Of a stretch of DNA of 64,000 nucleotides, positions 24,401 through 37,938 are shown piece after piece. Source of the DNA: Phoronis australis (Eukaryota; Animalia; Phoronida). The DNA lies in assembly GCA_002633005.1 (NCBI GenBank), contig NMRA01000590.1:54343-118342 (forward strand). The letters are read 5' to 3'. Positions within the stretch are counted from its first letter, which is position 1, and every line of letters begins with the position of its first letter. Below the pieces are notes generated by a model. It worked only from the letters and a program-made list of their open reading frames with translations, did not search any database and was not told where the DNA came from. The translations under genes and the position numbers were made by a program.

Positions 24401-27400
24401 CTGAGTTCAGACTCTGAGCGAAATGTTTTGGCTTACTAACCGTTACAATCCGGTCTCGTCAATGTTACAAAATGTCTTATGGTTCCAACTGGTGACAATG
24501 AAAGACAATTTAAAGTTTATCATATAATTGATGAACAACAACATTGTTAAACCCCACGACCGGACCAAACAGGCTGGTTCTGGGGCTCTTTGGGTGCAGG
24601 AGGTTAGTAAACAGTGTTGTAGTGGTAAAATAAGAGCCCACCGTACCACCTTCATGCTATGAACATTCCCACTAAATAAGATTGGTTCTAACCCCAGTGG
24701 TTAAGGTAAACGGTTGGGTATGGAAAATTGAACTAGACCGTATTTATCCACCTTAACCGAGTTGCGCTCGGCTCACGATCAAATGGATTCCGCCAAGCTG
24801 CTCTAGTCATCGAGTCACAAGCGAGGATAATTGGCTTCGCTCATGCGGATATGATCAGCTGATTACAATCTACCTAGCAGACTGTACTTTTTATGGAGAG
24901 AGTTTTACGTAGTTTTTACTGTAATATTTGAAAAGAGGAGCGAAAGCAAATATGAGTACAACTTTGAATTTTTCAAATCGGCCCAGGATAAGAGATTTTG
25001 CAACACAGCAACACTCACGATTACTTTCATTCGGCGCGCACTAATACAAAAATATAGGACCCAAGTTATTTAGATTTTGGAACACATGCATTGCAATATT
25101 CAAAATACGTTTATTATGAATCTTACAAGCTGTAAAACGACGTTGTTAATTTCATTGTGTTCATTCATTGTCATCCGTCAAATCGGCAATTTCCGAGATG
25201 TGATCTGCGGCGTGCGCGTATGTGTACAAAACACGTGATTGTTATGTTCCTGAAGTACGAAAATTAAGAAGGCTTTAACATGCCGTTATTATTGACAGGG
25301 ACACGATAAAACGAATTTGGATTTTGACTATAGTCTTGATACAGCGATCTGACTGACCACTGCGTCAGTGTCTCCGTTAGACCCAGAAATTTCACACAGC
25401 CCGGGTAGTTCATTTCGTCCCCAACATGTAGATCGAGCCTTGGACTATTAATACTCCACGGCAGAGCTAACGACAGTCGGCCTGTGCACACAAAATCTGT
25501 GAGTTAACCAGCACTCACCTTGCACGTTACAGCCGTTTAAGTGAAAAACAATCTAGTAAACGCCATTTTCTTGCATAATCCTCCGCCTTTTGTAACAAAA
25601 AAGTCTATCGTCGATGACCCGCACACGCACGCTCACTCACTCTCATACACAGACGACCTTCAAAACAAACGTCACGTGACAACAACATGTGTGTTCATCC
25701 AGAGATTTTTCTCTTGTTGTGGAGTACGATGTAGCGCACATTTGGACTTAATCGCAATTAATCTGGACTCCACATGAACTTTAAAAATTGTAAAACATCA
25801 GGAAGATTTCAGGTAATTTGTTGAGTCGAAACTATATTTTTATTCAAGAGTACAAGTTTTCCTATTGACGATCGCGATTCAGCGACGCATCAGTCGGCAA
25901 GTTTTCGCCCTGTGATGAGCACAATTTTTTAAAAAATTATCGTAATTTAACAACGGGAGTTGATAGCAATGCACCACAGTTTTGTAGAAAGGCTGTCATA
26001 GGCTACAAATACGTCACAGAGCGTAAGTTTGATGAATCCTAGCTTCCGATTTTACCTGTTTGGGAAACCGGGTTTCAACTGCCGTAGGCTCACTACAATA
26101 AGCGTCCCCTCCCCGTAAAATGAATTTTTCTAAGCGTTTGTTTGAGCCAATACAGCATACAGCTTTCCACCAAGGCTAGGTGATGCAAGACATTATTCTT
26201 TGTTGCATTATAGTAACTGGTCTTGGCTAATTGTCATTTTATGGCCTGGTCATCCATTCAGCCAAAAGTAGTTCCAGAGGTGGCTTATCAGCCAATTATT
26301 CACGCATGCTGACTCACAATAGAAGCCTGATAAGAGTGAAGGTAGATAAATGCGGTGTTCCTACAGTTTCTTGTTTTAGTGGATGTGTTCACGACATGTT
26401 GAGCATTGAAAGTAACTTACGGTGCGTAGGCACTCCGTTCAAATGCCAAAAGATGGTTGGCTGCGCCCACGTGCGCCTACGCCCCACTAAAGCACTGTTA
26501 GTAAAGCAATCTTTTCCACTAGGACATTTTTGAAAATTTCAGCTTTTCTGCGACTGTTGTGTCAAAGACTAACGCAAATTTACAACCGAAACAACAAATG
26601 TCCATTAGAGTTGGCCCGAAGTTTATGCGTGCTTTATGTTTATTGAATAACTTGCTCTTGATCGGCTTTGGAAAGAAGGTGGTGTTTTGAGTAACTGTTC
26701 AGTTCTGCTGTGTCTGTTGAGCCCTCTGTCGATCTAAACTGTCCATTTGTTCTTTATCTCCAACTACATTGTGAGATTAACATGAACAATATCTCTTGCA
26801 ACAGCTCTCACTTTATTTCCGTGGAGTAGAAAACTTTACGGGCTGTTGGATTTTGAATACTGGCAAAGAAGACATTTGGTTTTTCCCTGATAAACAGTAA
26901 CCATGGCGGAGCCGTTAAACAGACACAACATTCAATGGTTTGAAAGCAAGTTGGAACATCTTCGGGTAAGTTGGAGCAGGTTCCAACATGCTCCAACTGT
27001 CTTGTTCCAATTTGTTCATTTTGAGTAGTTTATAAAACGTGAATCTCGCACAATTTGCAAGACTGCAACGGATAAAACCGCCCACGGCTTATTGCGAGGA
27101 TACATCAGCTAGCGTTTACTTTAACAAACTGAGTTCAGATTATGGGCTTTCATTAGGGGTTACATGAGAAAAAGTTTAAGTCAAAAGCATGGGAAACTGT
27201 CTCAAAATTTGTGATGTGATAGCTGTAGGACCAAACTCTATTCTCTAAGTAAGACAATCGTGTGCTTAATTATTACATAATGCCATGTCCTGATATGAGC
27301 AACATTCGACGGGAAATCTGGTTAGCACGAACAATGTATTGAACAACTTACGGTCGTTCCAACCAACCCTGCTTTCCCCAACTAACGCCCAAAGTCTTAA

Positions 27401-29974
27401 AATGGGATGATCTTTTAGGGTGTGTCCATTTCCCGTACTCTTTAAACATTGTTTTGATGAAATTTCCCCTCTGTTTGAGCTGCTGGAACAGCTACACTGT
27501 ATGACAATACGGAGTAATGGAAACAGAATCAAAGACTTTTAGCACCGCACGAGGAACAAGAAATGACTGTGTTGCCAGTTTTACTTCACCTGATCCTTTT
27601 AATGAGCCTACCTGCATTTGGGATGCAAAACACACTGAAAAACAGCCGAATACATATCTGTAAAATAAGTATGAACATATTCCTATTGATGACACTATCA
27701 TCGCCATCAGCGTTTGACAGTGTTTTATGTGATTTTCCTTGCAACTCGTGCCCTCACCGCACGTTTAGCGTGGAAATAAAATACGATTAGCTAGAAGTTT
27801 TTAGCATGAATATTTACGACGAGCTAAACACATGTAAAACGTTTCATCGGAATGAAAGTGCCAATTGTCGCATGAAGTTTTATTATCCTCGTGTATTTGC
27901 GTGATGGAACATCATTCCGCACGTGTGCGTGAACTTTATTGCGGCTAAATTGCTTTAATTTGCATGCAAGTTTTTTAAAAATATTCTCTTGAAAGCAAAC
28001 TTGAAATGTTTTAGTCCTTAGAGTTCCCTAGACATCAAACCCAAATTACTAGGTTTAGCTTGGACGTTTGACTATCAGTTGATTTCATGAATGTGGTTAA
28101 AAAAACAGTTTTAATCTTAAACCACGGCCCGTTCTCCAATCTCCGTACTCAGACTCGACTGAGACTCAAAGTCACACTTCATACTCAACTCGAATACAGT
28201 CTCGACTTTGGTTTATTCAATGTCATAGGGCTATTCGAAAAATCTTAACTCAAAAGTTCGAGGATGTACTCACTTTTCGAGTATACCGGAAGTGAAGTGT
28301 ATCTCATCTATATTTCGAGTACGATTTTGAGTAAAAATTCCGAGTATTTGCTACAAATTTAAGTTTCGTTTGACAGTGTGCTTGAAATCGTACTCGAAAC
28401 TAAATATGACGGATGTGAGACACAGACAAATTATTCAACGAGAGAGAGAAGAAAATATAGAAAGACGCATCAAATCCTTAGGAAAATTTAAGTCCTCATA
28501 CCATATTTCAGGGATTCTGTTTCAGTCCAGAGACAATAGTTTTTATTTCAAATCTTCTTCATCTTAACCCTCCGTATCACTACACTTCATTGCCGCCAAT
28601 TTGTAAAGACGTTCTTACTCTACAATTGACCTATCGCCAGGATTATGACAGAAGGCTTAATTGACCAATCAGAACGCAGCATTCTTGACACACCTTCGTC
28701 TGCGTTTCCAAGCCGCCATTTTACCCGACAAACCACACGTAGTCGAGTAAAACGTACTTTAGCCTATAGCTCAAGAAATGGTGCGCGAAGAATAGTGAAG
28801 CGGTGTTGATATGGCGTGTGTTATCCCGACAGCCGTTATGCTGCTCCAGAATAATATTCCGTCATTTTTGGCATGTCCTAACTCCTAAGCCGAAAAGTGA
28901 TGTCGGAAGGCGTAAACTACATGTACTTTACGGCCACACGAGCTGAGCTTAGCAATGTTGTTTGATTACTCAGAGGCTATAATAAACACAAATATATTAG
29001 TTCCAAGATACGCACTTTTAAGCTTGGTGCAGGGCTATTTTATATTTTCTCTCCGGAGTTCCCTACGTCTGGCCGCCTTCGTCTGCCGGGATCTCAGCAC
29101 TATATCGTTAGTTGATTTCAAGGACATTCTAATTATATTTATTTATTCATTTATTTTGACCTAATGGACATCATTTTGTTTCGTATCAGAGGTACATTTT
29201 TGTTATTCATAAACCCGTAAGCTGGCGTTCAACTGAACTTCTCTCCTGTCCAAAATTCATTTTCGATCGGCACAGAGAGGGGGACTGGATTACTGAACTC
29301 AAAGCCTAGTTCGAGCTGTTGTCACAAGAAATAAACAATTGAATTACTTTTTGATATGGACCTCTAGTATACACTATATCTGTAGAGTTAGAGAGAGCTC
29401 ATTTTGAAGTTGTTCAAACATGATTATTTCGATTTATGAAGCTATTTTTGCAACAACCACACCAGACTTGTAATCTTTTGTAACCATACCACAGCTTAGT
29501 GATCATACTACGATCAAAATTAAATGAAAGCTACATTTATGCAATGAAACTTCAAAAAAATGCGAAGTTCATCAGAAGGTAGGCCCAACTTAAATGTCTT
29601 CATGGAATGGACAATTCCAGGCATTAATTTGACTTAAACACAGCCCTAGACCTACCGGAGCTAACTGTTTGCCTATGACGAGGTGAATGTGTACCTGAGC
29701 CATGAAACTGAGTTTTTTTAATCAAAATATTTCGTAATAAGATTAGAAAAGCGTAAACAGTGCTATTGAGTCGACCTAGTCAGAGTCAATAGTACATGAC
29801 GTGTGTCGTCTGTAAGCTTCTTTACTCCAGGAGTCACACCAGTTGTGACCTACTTTTACTTTTGCGAAATTTAACAGACGACAGAATAAATATATCGGTG
29901 AATCTTTACTGATTTTGTTCGAAAGATCCTGAAATCTATAGAATCGTACAGATAATTCGATTTTACGGTACATA

Positions 29975-30238
29975 CCCAGCTTAACATGAACATATCCTCT
30001 CAGTGGTCTTAGCATTTGTCAGGAAGGTGAATACCGAGGGGTTCTTCGGATTTTCGCTGGCTCCTCAAACACTTATTTTTTCATCGTCACCTTTACAAAT
30101 TCCCATATCATAAACGTACGATTCTCTGTTGAAAAGCATCGCCTGTTGTCTCTGTCGAAGCGTTTTCAAATAGTGCAAAAAACACTCATCGATTCCACCA
30201 GGAACATCGTTTAGCGACCGTGTATTTGCCTCTGACAT
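29975..30238 (-). pseudogene. Decayed SWIM-zinc-finger-type ORF start of a DNA transposon
   Basis: MSEANT...SLNDVPGG...ESYVYD...ICSC*AG, followed by a GTATGT donor. Contains stops. Confidence 0.45.
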
Positions 30239-30370
30239 CGTGTTGGTTTGTCGGGTATCACGTGACTTTTCGCATAGGGGCGGAGCTTGTGATAGGTCAA
30301 TTCCTGGAAACTGGTGCATTGTGCTCGCTTGTCGGCAAGTCATTACATGTGCCAAAAGCAGCTGTGGGAA

Positions 30371-30483
30371 AGCCGTGTGGGAGGTTTGTGCTGCCCTGAT
30401 TGCAATAGGTGTGGAACTGTTCGTAAGCTTCCCAAAGACGAGAAGGCAAGCGAAGTTAAAGAACAGTTTGCTTTCCTGCCAGG
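30371..30483 (+). pseudogene. Possible THAP-domain first-exon remnant
   Basis: C..PDCNRCGTVRKLPKDEK resembles a THAP C-x-P-x-C...P-K-D start. It is divergent from the SWIM remnant. Confidence 0.3.
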
Positions 30484-30710
30484 TACATTTCATATCACAG
30501 TTTTACTTATCGATAATTCATCAATCCGCGATTCGTATTCCATATTTTGTTTGCTTATTTCTAAGTAGACGTCTCGTCCCGTTCAATGATGAACTCTGAT
30601 TGCTTGTAGTGTTTTTGAACAAACGCGCCAAATGTCAACTAACTTGATACGTCCCGGCAAAACGCAAAGATACAATATCGAAGTTTTCACATCAGCGTAG
30701 GCCTGCCTCC

Positions 30711-30853
30711 CGTTCAGTAACGCTAGGACCTCGCTAAAAAGCAAGACTTCGCGAGATTACGTGAGATATATTGCCATGTATTTTAAATGAGAACACGTGA
30801 CTTTGACTAGGTTTTAGCTAGGTCCTAGCGTAGGTCCTAGCGTCTACTGAACG
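30711..30853. mobile_element. Small MITE
   Basis: Inverted repeats CGTTCAGTAACGCTAGGACC / GGTCCTAGCGTCTACTGAACG. Confidence 0.55.
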
Positions 30854-31397
30854 TACGCCTGCACAGCGGTGGGTTCTATATGAAGACAAATTAGCAAGCG
30901 AAAGAGCATCTACAGGGTTGACCAGAAACCAAAACAAGTGAGGCTCAAAACTGTTGACTGGCGTATTGGCTTACGTAGCCAACCGGCTAACAACAAAGGA
31001 ACACTTCCTCTGGCAATTAAGGTCCAAATCTTTGAAATTGGATCTCCCTTCAAAGACATTGGACAATTCGAACTCTTCCTTAATAATGTTTGTTGTGGGC
31101 CCGTAATATGGTGCCTGGCCTCTGGCTGCATCATTGAGAAAGAAAATTTCGATATGCTGTCTCCTTTCGGAGGAGCTTACAGCAATTCCCATCACCTATT
31201 TTTTGAGTGATATACATTTACTGAAGAAATACTCAGAACATACTAGGAAAACTAATAAAAAAGAAATCGCGAAGCATTATATCTGGGTTGTAAACAATAC
31301 AAATGAAAGTAGTATTCATGGAGCTTAATACCTGTAAGTGGTATCTACAGTGTGTGTGTGGATGTACATGTACCACTTTAAGGCATCCACGGCGGCC

Positions 31398-32270
31398 TCA
31401 TATGATGAGGGCCGAATGCTCGCTGCGTACATGCCCGAAGTTTTGTTTTCGCCCGCGTGACACAGCAATCGCTTGTGTCTGAGCGTGGTGAGGAGAAACA
31501 TCATAAAACGCTTGGTTTGCCATGGATAGGCAGCGGTCAGCCCAGTCATTCAGTGACTCACAACTGCCTTGTACTGCGTTCGTAAACTCCAGTTGTGCCG
31601 TTTCTGGTAATTGGTTGCCTGCGAACCTGCGCTCCATTTTAACAGCTATCGTTGTTAGAGAAACATACGGGGCATTGTCCGTGATCAGCGAAAAGTATTC
31701 GCTGGCTTTGCCATTAAGACAGAAACACAAGTGATCAATGCACTCATCGTCTGTCATATTATTTGCTGCGACGTAACGCCAGTTCCCATGGCCGTCGAAG
31801 GACATTGACCGTGGTGCGCTCGAGAAGGTGCGAGGTGGTGGCGTGGTTCCCAAGCCCCGTGGGAATGCATCCGCACGAGTCGGGCAGGGTGTGTCACAAA
31901 TCGGCTGACCAGCGCGTCGCACTCCGCGCTCCGCAAGGGGGTATGGTGGCGCCATGCTAGGTTGGTGGAATGGTGGTGTGCCACGTGACTGACGGCACGT
32001 GACCCTGGAGGGGTGACCAACTGTCTTGCCTCGCTCTCTGGCATGACCGTACACAAATCCGAGAAGGACACGGTCACACTTTCGTCCATGTTTAGATAAT
32101 GGAAGGAAACGAGTAATCAACAGCTTACCCGAAATGACAGTTCTAGACAGACACTTGAAAACTTTATTACTGAAGGCACGTCCGCTTAAGGCAATGCGTT
32201 GACGGACAAACTTGTGGAATGTCCTTCGCCGCCAGGACACGGTGCAGGGCGTTGTCCCTACTATAAACAC
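31398..32270 (-). pseudogene. Ty3/Gypsy-type gag remnant
   Basis: SFDGHGNW...LCFCLNGKASEYF...KMERRFAG...FTNAVQGSCESLNDWADRCLSMANQAF has the retrotransposon capsid pattern. No pol downstream. A TGTAAG start at 33088 (minus) may mark an LTR. Confidence 0.75.
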
Positions 32271-33214
32271 CGATAACGAAGCCTAGGAAACGCGCTGAGG
32301 ACCAGCGCGCGGGGAAAAATGCAAAGTCCTTACTTCACGGCACGTCAGAATCGACGCGCACAACAAAATGACAAAAGTAAGTGGAACTGCAAGAGAAATG
32401 ATTATATTTACTGGAAGACAAAACAAAGGGACGCTTTATAATAAATCGTCAAAGGCCTTGTCGCGAGACAGGTGGCAAGTCTGGGCAAAACGACAGATGT
32501 CTCACGTTTGTGCTAAACCACCCGATCCAGCGAATATTTATCTTGTTTTTGTGGCATAATAAAAAGTTCAGAAAACTTAATCAACTTTTTATTGCTAAAA
32601 GGGAAGGAACAAGTGGTCGCTAGGCACTTACGCCTTCCGAAAATAGGTTGTCGAAACAATGAAATCAGAAAACTCCAAATGATCGAAAAACAACAGATCG
32701 CTACGCATCTGCCGCCGCTAAAATGCTTCAAAGAACCTGCCGGTCGCTACTCAGCAAAGATCCCCAAAAGCAAAACCATCTACAATTTCTAAAAATCGTG
32801 ACCCAGGCACACGCGCAACACCCGGGTCTTGCTTTTGCGCGACTTACGGCTCCCCGCCAGCGGAACGAAAAGCTCATCGTGATCAACTGCCGCGCGTGCC
32901 CCCGAAATTCAGAAAAGATAGAGCCTAGAGTAACAAATTCTCCGGTTCCCTCCCCGGGTTCCGGCAAACATTGCCATTCGCGACTAATCGAAAAAACTAA
33001 AGTAATCCACGTGAAGGTCCCTCGGGCAATTAAGCTAATTCGCTAAATAGCAGCTACGCCAATGTAGTGAATTCCAAAGTGTCTTACATTGTAATAACAC
33101 TATAGGTGCTCTTTAATCAAGTCTCAGTCAGTAGATCAGTTGTCGGTATTCGTAAAACCCCGCTCCACTCCTTGCGCCAGTCTTTTGTATCGGCCCCAGA
33201 AGGCCGCTAAATAT

Positions 33215-33663
33215 TCATGTAGCGCCCTCATTGGCCATCACCGGCAGATGGGCCGGGACAGCCAACGTCAGCAGTCCCCAAGACAAACAGAGGGCACGCG
33301 CGGCAGACGGCCAGCGCAGCAGTGACAGGTGAAATGACGTCTCTCTACACTCTCCTCCGTTTTCTTTGATTAGAGCCGAAACGTAACGGAGAACATTTGA
33401 ATTTCCGAAATGAGGCCAATTCTTATACCGGCCGTACAATCCACACTGTTCTAATACAGTGTTCGAGCCGAGGCGTTCGTTACGCCTCGTCCATCTGCCC
33501 CGTCCCCTCTCCTAAACAGAGAACGCGGACGCTCTGTTCCAAGGGATCGTCTGCGTCTGCAGGGGACGGTTCCGTCGCAGGTGGAGGTATACCCACAGCA
33601 TTTGCAAGAGGAGAGGTCGCAGGACCCTCGTCATCGGCGCCACAACTTGGCTCCGCTCCGGGA
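33215..33663 (-). pseudogene. Downstream part of a GC-rich decayed ORF split by the EnSpm element
   Basis: GC-rich, coding-like sequence continuous with 40366 once the insertion and its GA TSD are removed. Contains stops and frameshifts. Confidence 0.4.
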
Positions 33664-34570
33664 CCCAGATAGCATGCTGACGGTGGTCCAACGCCGGTCC
33701 GACGACTCACGTTACGTCGGGCCAACGTTGGTGTCTGACGTCGGACCAACCTCATTTTGTCCATCGGATAAACGTTGTAACAACGTCGTAAAAACGTCGC
33801 AGTTGGGCCGCCGATGACCCAACGTTGGTCCGACTGCTGACTAATAACGGTACGACCTGGGCCCGACGGCGGAAATACGACCATTTACCGACGTCGAGCC
33901 AATTCAATTCCGACTACTTATTAACGTCCCACCACCCTGCAAGCGATTGTTTACCGACGTTGCACCAACGTAGAGGCGGCTGTTTGCCAACGTCGCACCA
34001 ACTTAGAGGCGACCGTTTGCCAACGTCGCACCGACCTTCGACTTTTCAGCCACCTGGTTTCCCCGCTTGCTCCCATAGAAGACATACATGTACTGATTTA
34101 ACGATTAAATCAGTGTGTCATCTAAGGGAGCAATCGGAAAACGCACGTGGTTAAAAAGTCGCAGGTATGTTCCACGTTGGTAAACAGTCGAGAACATGAT
34201 AAGAACAGTCAGGGCCACCCAACCAACTGGTGGCGACAACAATGCTCGGATTATACATCAGGATATGCACAGCATGCAGTATGTCATTAAAGGCATTCCT
34301 GTGTTCTTTAAGCATTTTATTAAAGCATATCAATAGCAGAAATGATGAATACCAAAAATGGTTAATGATGAAGTAAATCATAAAAATAAACTACACTGTA
34401 TTTGCACAGAAGATAACTTTCAAAGATGCAAATATCCATTATGCCTTGAATATGTAAATTTGTGGCAAGTCCCGCGTAGTGACTTTCATGAAAACTGTGC
34501 TAACATTATAATTACACTGTAGGAGAAACAAACACTTCACCCATAAAGCTTAAGACTTAATATAAATATT

Positions 34571-34821
34571 ATGCGCACACCCGGGGGGGGGGGCTCGGGG
34601 GCTCAAACGAGCCCCTTCCGTTTCATAGGGTGAGCAAAAATGTCAACCATGTAGAAACAAAATTATCGAAAAAAGTAGAAAACAAAAGTCCACTAAAAAG
34701 GCAGGAATAACCAAAATCTCAGGAATGCAAAATTCATAGCTCTGAACGTATCCCTGAATCTGAGTAAAAGGTCCACATTCTCAAAAATTCGAGCCCCCCA
34801 TTTTTGGCTGGGTACGCGCAT
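34571..34821. mobile_element. MITE nested in the EnSpm element
   Basis: TIR ATGCGCACACCC / GGGTACGCGCAT with GGGGGCTCG/CGAGCCCCC subterminal motifs. A related end occurs at about 51117-51151. TSD not clear. Confidence 0.55.
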
Positions 34822-36932
34822 GAATACTAGACTAAAAATAATGCTCATTACAAAGCCTGAGTATATATATCAAAGAATACTCAAAACTACGTTTGGAACA
34901 AAAAATAAAATTGATCATTGTTCCATTAGCGTAATAGTTGCCAAAGTGAGCTTTCCAGTACTTAAGGTTTCATTGCAGGACATAAAATAGAGGAATATGA
35001 GCAAATCAATAAACTTACTGTAATTATGACTACAAGAATTATGAGTATGCCAAACATTTGGTAAAATACAACAAAAAAACATTTTCAATTATACTTAAAC
35101 AGGGATCCATGGGGCACTATGAAAAACACAGGACATGAGATGTAAATCAATAAACTAAAATACAATTATGTGCCTAAATGAACATCGAACTGGCAAATAA
35201 TTAATCATAAACATTTCAGTGAAAAGCTGAATGTTAATCAAGCTACGGAATATAGAGCACTGGAATTTAAAGCAATTTTAGCAACTGTAACACTGTATTT
35301 CTTTCAACTGTCTAAGAATTTAATGTAAGTTGAAGAAGATGTCTCTCAACACAGAGTCTTCATAAGAACTCGGGCCCAAGCAGTATAAACTTTTAAAAAG
35401 ACTTAACAGAATGTTAAAATGTGACAAGATTGAAACATATCAGGATGAAATTAAGATGCCATCTGCAAGTTAAATAAAATACGAAGTATTTTTAATCAAG
35501 CGTAAAGAAGTACTCCCATTTAAACCTTTATACAAGAAGGCCCAAGTTAATATGCACTGCAGAATCAATCTGTATCTTGATCGTCACTACCACGTTCTTG
35601 GACATAATCTAAAACTTGCACAACTTTCCCTGCAAATTGCAAAAATACATGAAAGTAAGTTTTAAATTCACTACAAAGCAAATTCATGAAAAACATATGT
35701 TGAGGTCTTTGGTTTCATATTCAGAAAGTTTAATTTAAGGTTTAGCTTGTATGGAAAACTAAACTCTATATCAAGGAATATTACTGTAAATGTTGAAAAA
35801 TATCAGTTTTGTTCACAATGCTAGAAAGACTAGGTGTTTAAAAGATTTACCAATTCATCGATCTTGAAAACTATAACATTGTTGTTTACCTGTTTGTTGC
35901 CTCCTATCTTCTGTCACCGTCTCTGTCGCCAGCATACTTCAGCTCAGCACTTCAGCCATCATTTCAATTTATCTTCAGTTTCTGCCACCTTTAACTTGCA
36001 TCTTTAAATTTCAAACAAAAATGTCCTATTATATGTAATTACTAAAAAATGACGTCGTTAAAAAGTACAACTGACGAAGCTAAGCATTACAGAGTTTATT
36101 GTTCAACTTTCTCACAGCTATAATTACAGAGGTTTAAACATTTTCACATTTTACAACAATGAGGAAACTATTGATGAGCAGGAAATTTACTTACCAGTAG
36201 CTTATTTAATTTCTGCATGTTTCAAGACCCAGTCTACCTCAGGCTATCTCTTCTGCTCTGCCACCTTTAAAAGTTACTTCCCTTTCAGAGAGTTGAGGGT
36301 GGCAGGTTTTAATCATCTCCTTTCGCACAAACCCAACACATGGGAACTACTTCTATACTGCCCTCATCAGTGAAATACACATCAGCATAAATTCTGAAAC
36401 ACAACGAGTACCAATCAATAACATGTTAAAATAGTCATAAGCACGTCTTTTAATTGTTCTTCCACGAGCAAGTCAAATGCTATGGCTCTCCTTGGCCTGG
36501 GAATGCAAAATTGATAAATCCTGTGTCACCCTCGTAAGCGTTACAACCTTATAAATGTCATCGAAAAAGATAAATAAACTATATATTTGTTTAGGATTGT
36601 GGTTTTAATGTGTTATGAAAATCAAATTTGCTTTTAAATTTCATTTTAATGAAGTTGTTTATTAAAACTAGTCTCTGTTTCTGGAGATGTTGTGTCCATA
36701 CGTTGTATTATTACTTGTCTGAATAGAGATGATATGAGAAAAAGTCAGCAACAATAATAGAGACTCCACAAACTGTTTTGACTTGTCACTGCACAGAGTT
36801 TAAATTTTGTTATGATGAGTTTGGCTTACTTGTGAAAAGTTTGAAAACCTGTGCAATAAGTTTGAAGTGCAGTGTACCGAGAGATTAGTAATTGCTCAAT
36901 TAAATTACAACATTCTGAATTTTAGGAACCAG

Positions 36933-37088
36933 GGCTGAGTTGCATAAAGCTTCAAAAGATATCCGCTGAATAAGTTTGATTGTTGCATGACGCCAAGTGC
37001 ATTGTTCAACAATAACATCGTGACGCGTGATAATGCGACGTCATTGTTGCTATACATGTACGGCGTATAACTTTTATGCAACTGGGCC
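36933..37088. mobile_element. Harbinger-like MITE nested in the EnSpm element
   Basis: TIR GGCTGAGTTGCATAAA / TTTATGCAACTGGGCC. TSD CAG at 36930-36932 and 37089-37091. Confidence 0.65.
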
Positions 37089-37619
37089 CAGGTCGATACA
37101 CATTCCAATGCTTACAATAACTTCCCATAGTATTTACAGGAGCTTTCAAACACATGCATGAATTATTACTCCAGCTGAGTTTCAACTTTCAGCTGTGAAG
37201 AACATTGACTGGTCTTGTCATGCGAGGATCGTTCAAGCTAACAACGTCATTGCAACTTTCTTCTTTTCCGTGTTCGCATGCTTTGAAGTTTAAATTTACT
37301 CAATCAAGTAAATTCCACATAGTTCTGGATATTTTACAACTACTGTCCTAAAAGAGTGACTTGGTTTCTCTGATACCAATCTCACTGTTTTGACCATACT
37401 CTGCGTATAGACTGAGCATGTCAGTCAGTCAGTAAGATATTTTGCATTAGAGATTCTCTTCTAATATGTTGTGTAATACTGTAAGTAATTGTCACAGCAT
37501 GACAAAAATACACTATCAACGGAGACCAAGTTTGATATGTCATTCAAACCAAAGACCTGATCTCTATACAGTGTCAATGACTTACAAAAATTGTTACACT
37601 CCCATACGAAAAGGAAAAG

Positions 37620-37938
37620 TTGAGTTTCAATTGAGATTCAATTGAAATTCAATTGAATTTCAATAGAAAATTGAATTTCTATTGAATGTGTCTTTTGAAT
37701 GAAAATTCAATTGGCACTTCCCTTGCCGTCAATTGAATGGCTATTGAACGGCTATTGAATTTCTGCACTTAAAAATTTTTTAGCTGTTCTGAATTGAATG
37801 GCTATTGAATTCCAGGACTTAGAAAAATTTTGGCAGTTTGGAATTGAACAGTTATTGAATTTGAGGACTTAAAAAATTTCAGGATGTCGTGGAATTGAAT
37901 GGCTATTGAATTTCAAGACTTAAGGAGTTTCTGGATGG
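37620..37938. repeat. ATTGAA-rich repeats followed by a ~50-bp tandem array (4 units)
   Basis: Units start AATTGAATGGCTATTGAAT at about 37731, 37792, 37842 and 37893. They are preceded by short TTCAATTGAA palindromic repeats. Confidence 0.8.

Noticed and set aside
32335-33088. Complete LTR plus tRNA-His primer-binding site upstream of gag
   Set aside because: Only a TGTAAG start and a 9-nt GTGCCGTGA match. No second LTR is available to confirm boundaries.
33680-34050. Short palindromic repeats resembling a CRISPR array
   Set aside because: Irregular spacing, both orientations, no unique fixed-length spacers and no cas genes. They mirror 39780-40355 as EnSpm subterminal repeats.
37731-37938. 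Conserved 19-mer with variable ~30-nt intervals (CRISPR-like)
   Set aside because: The intervals are homologous to each other, so this is a diverged tandem repeat.
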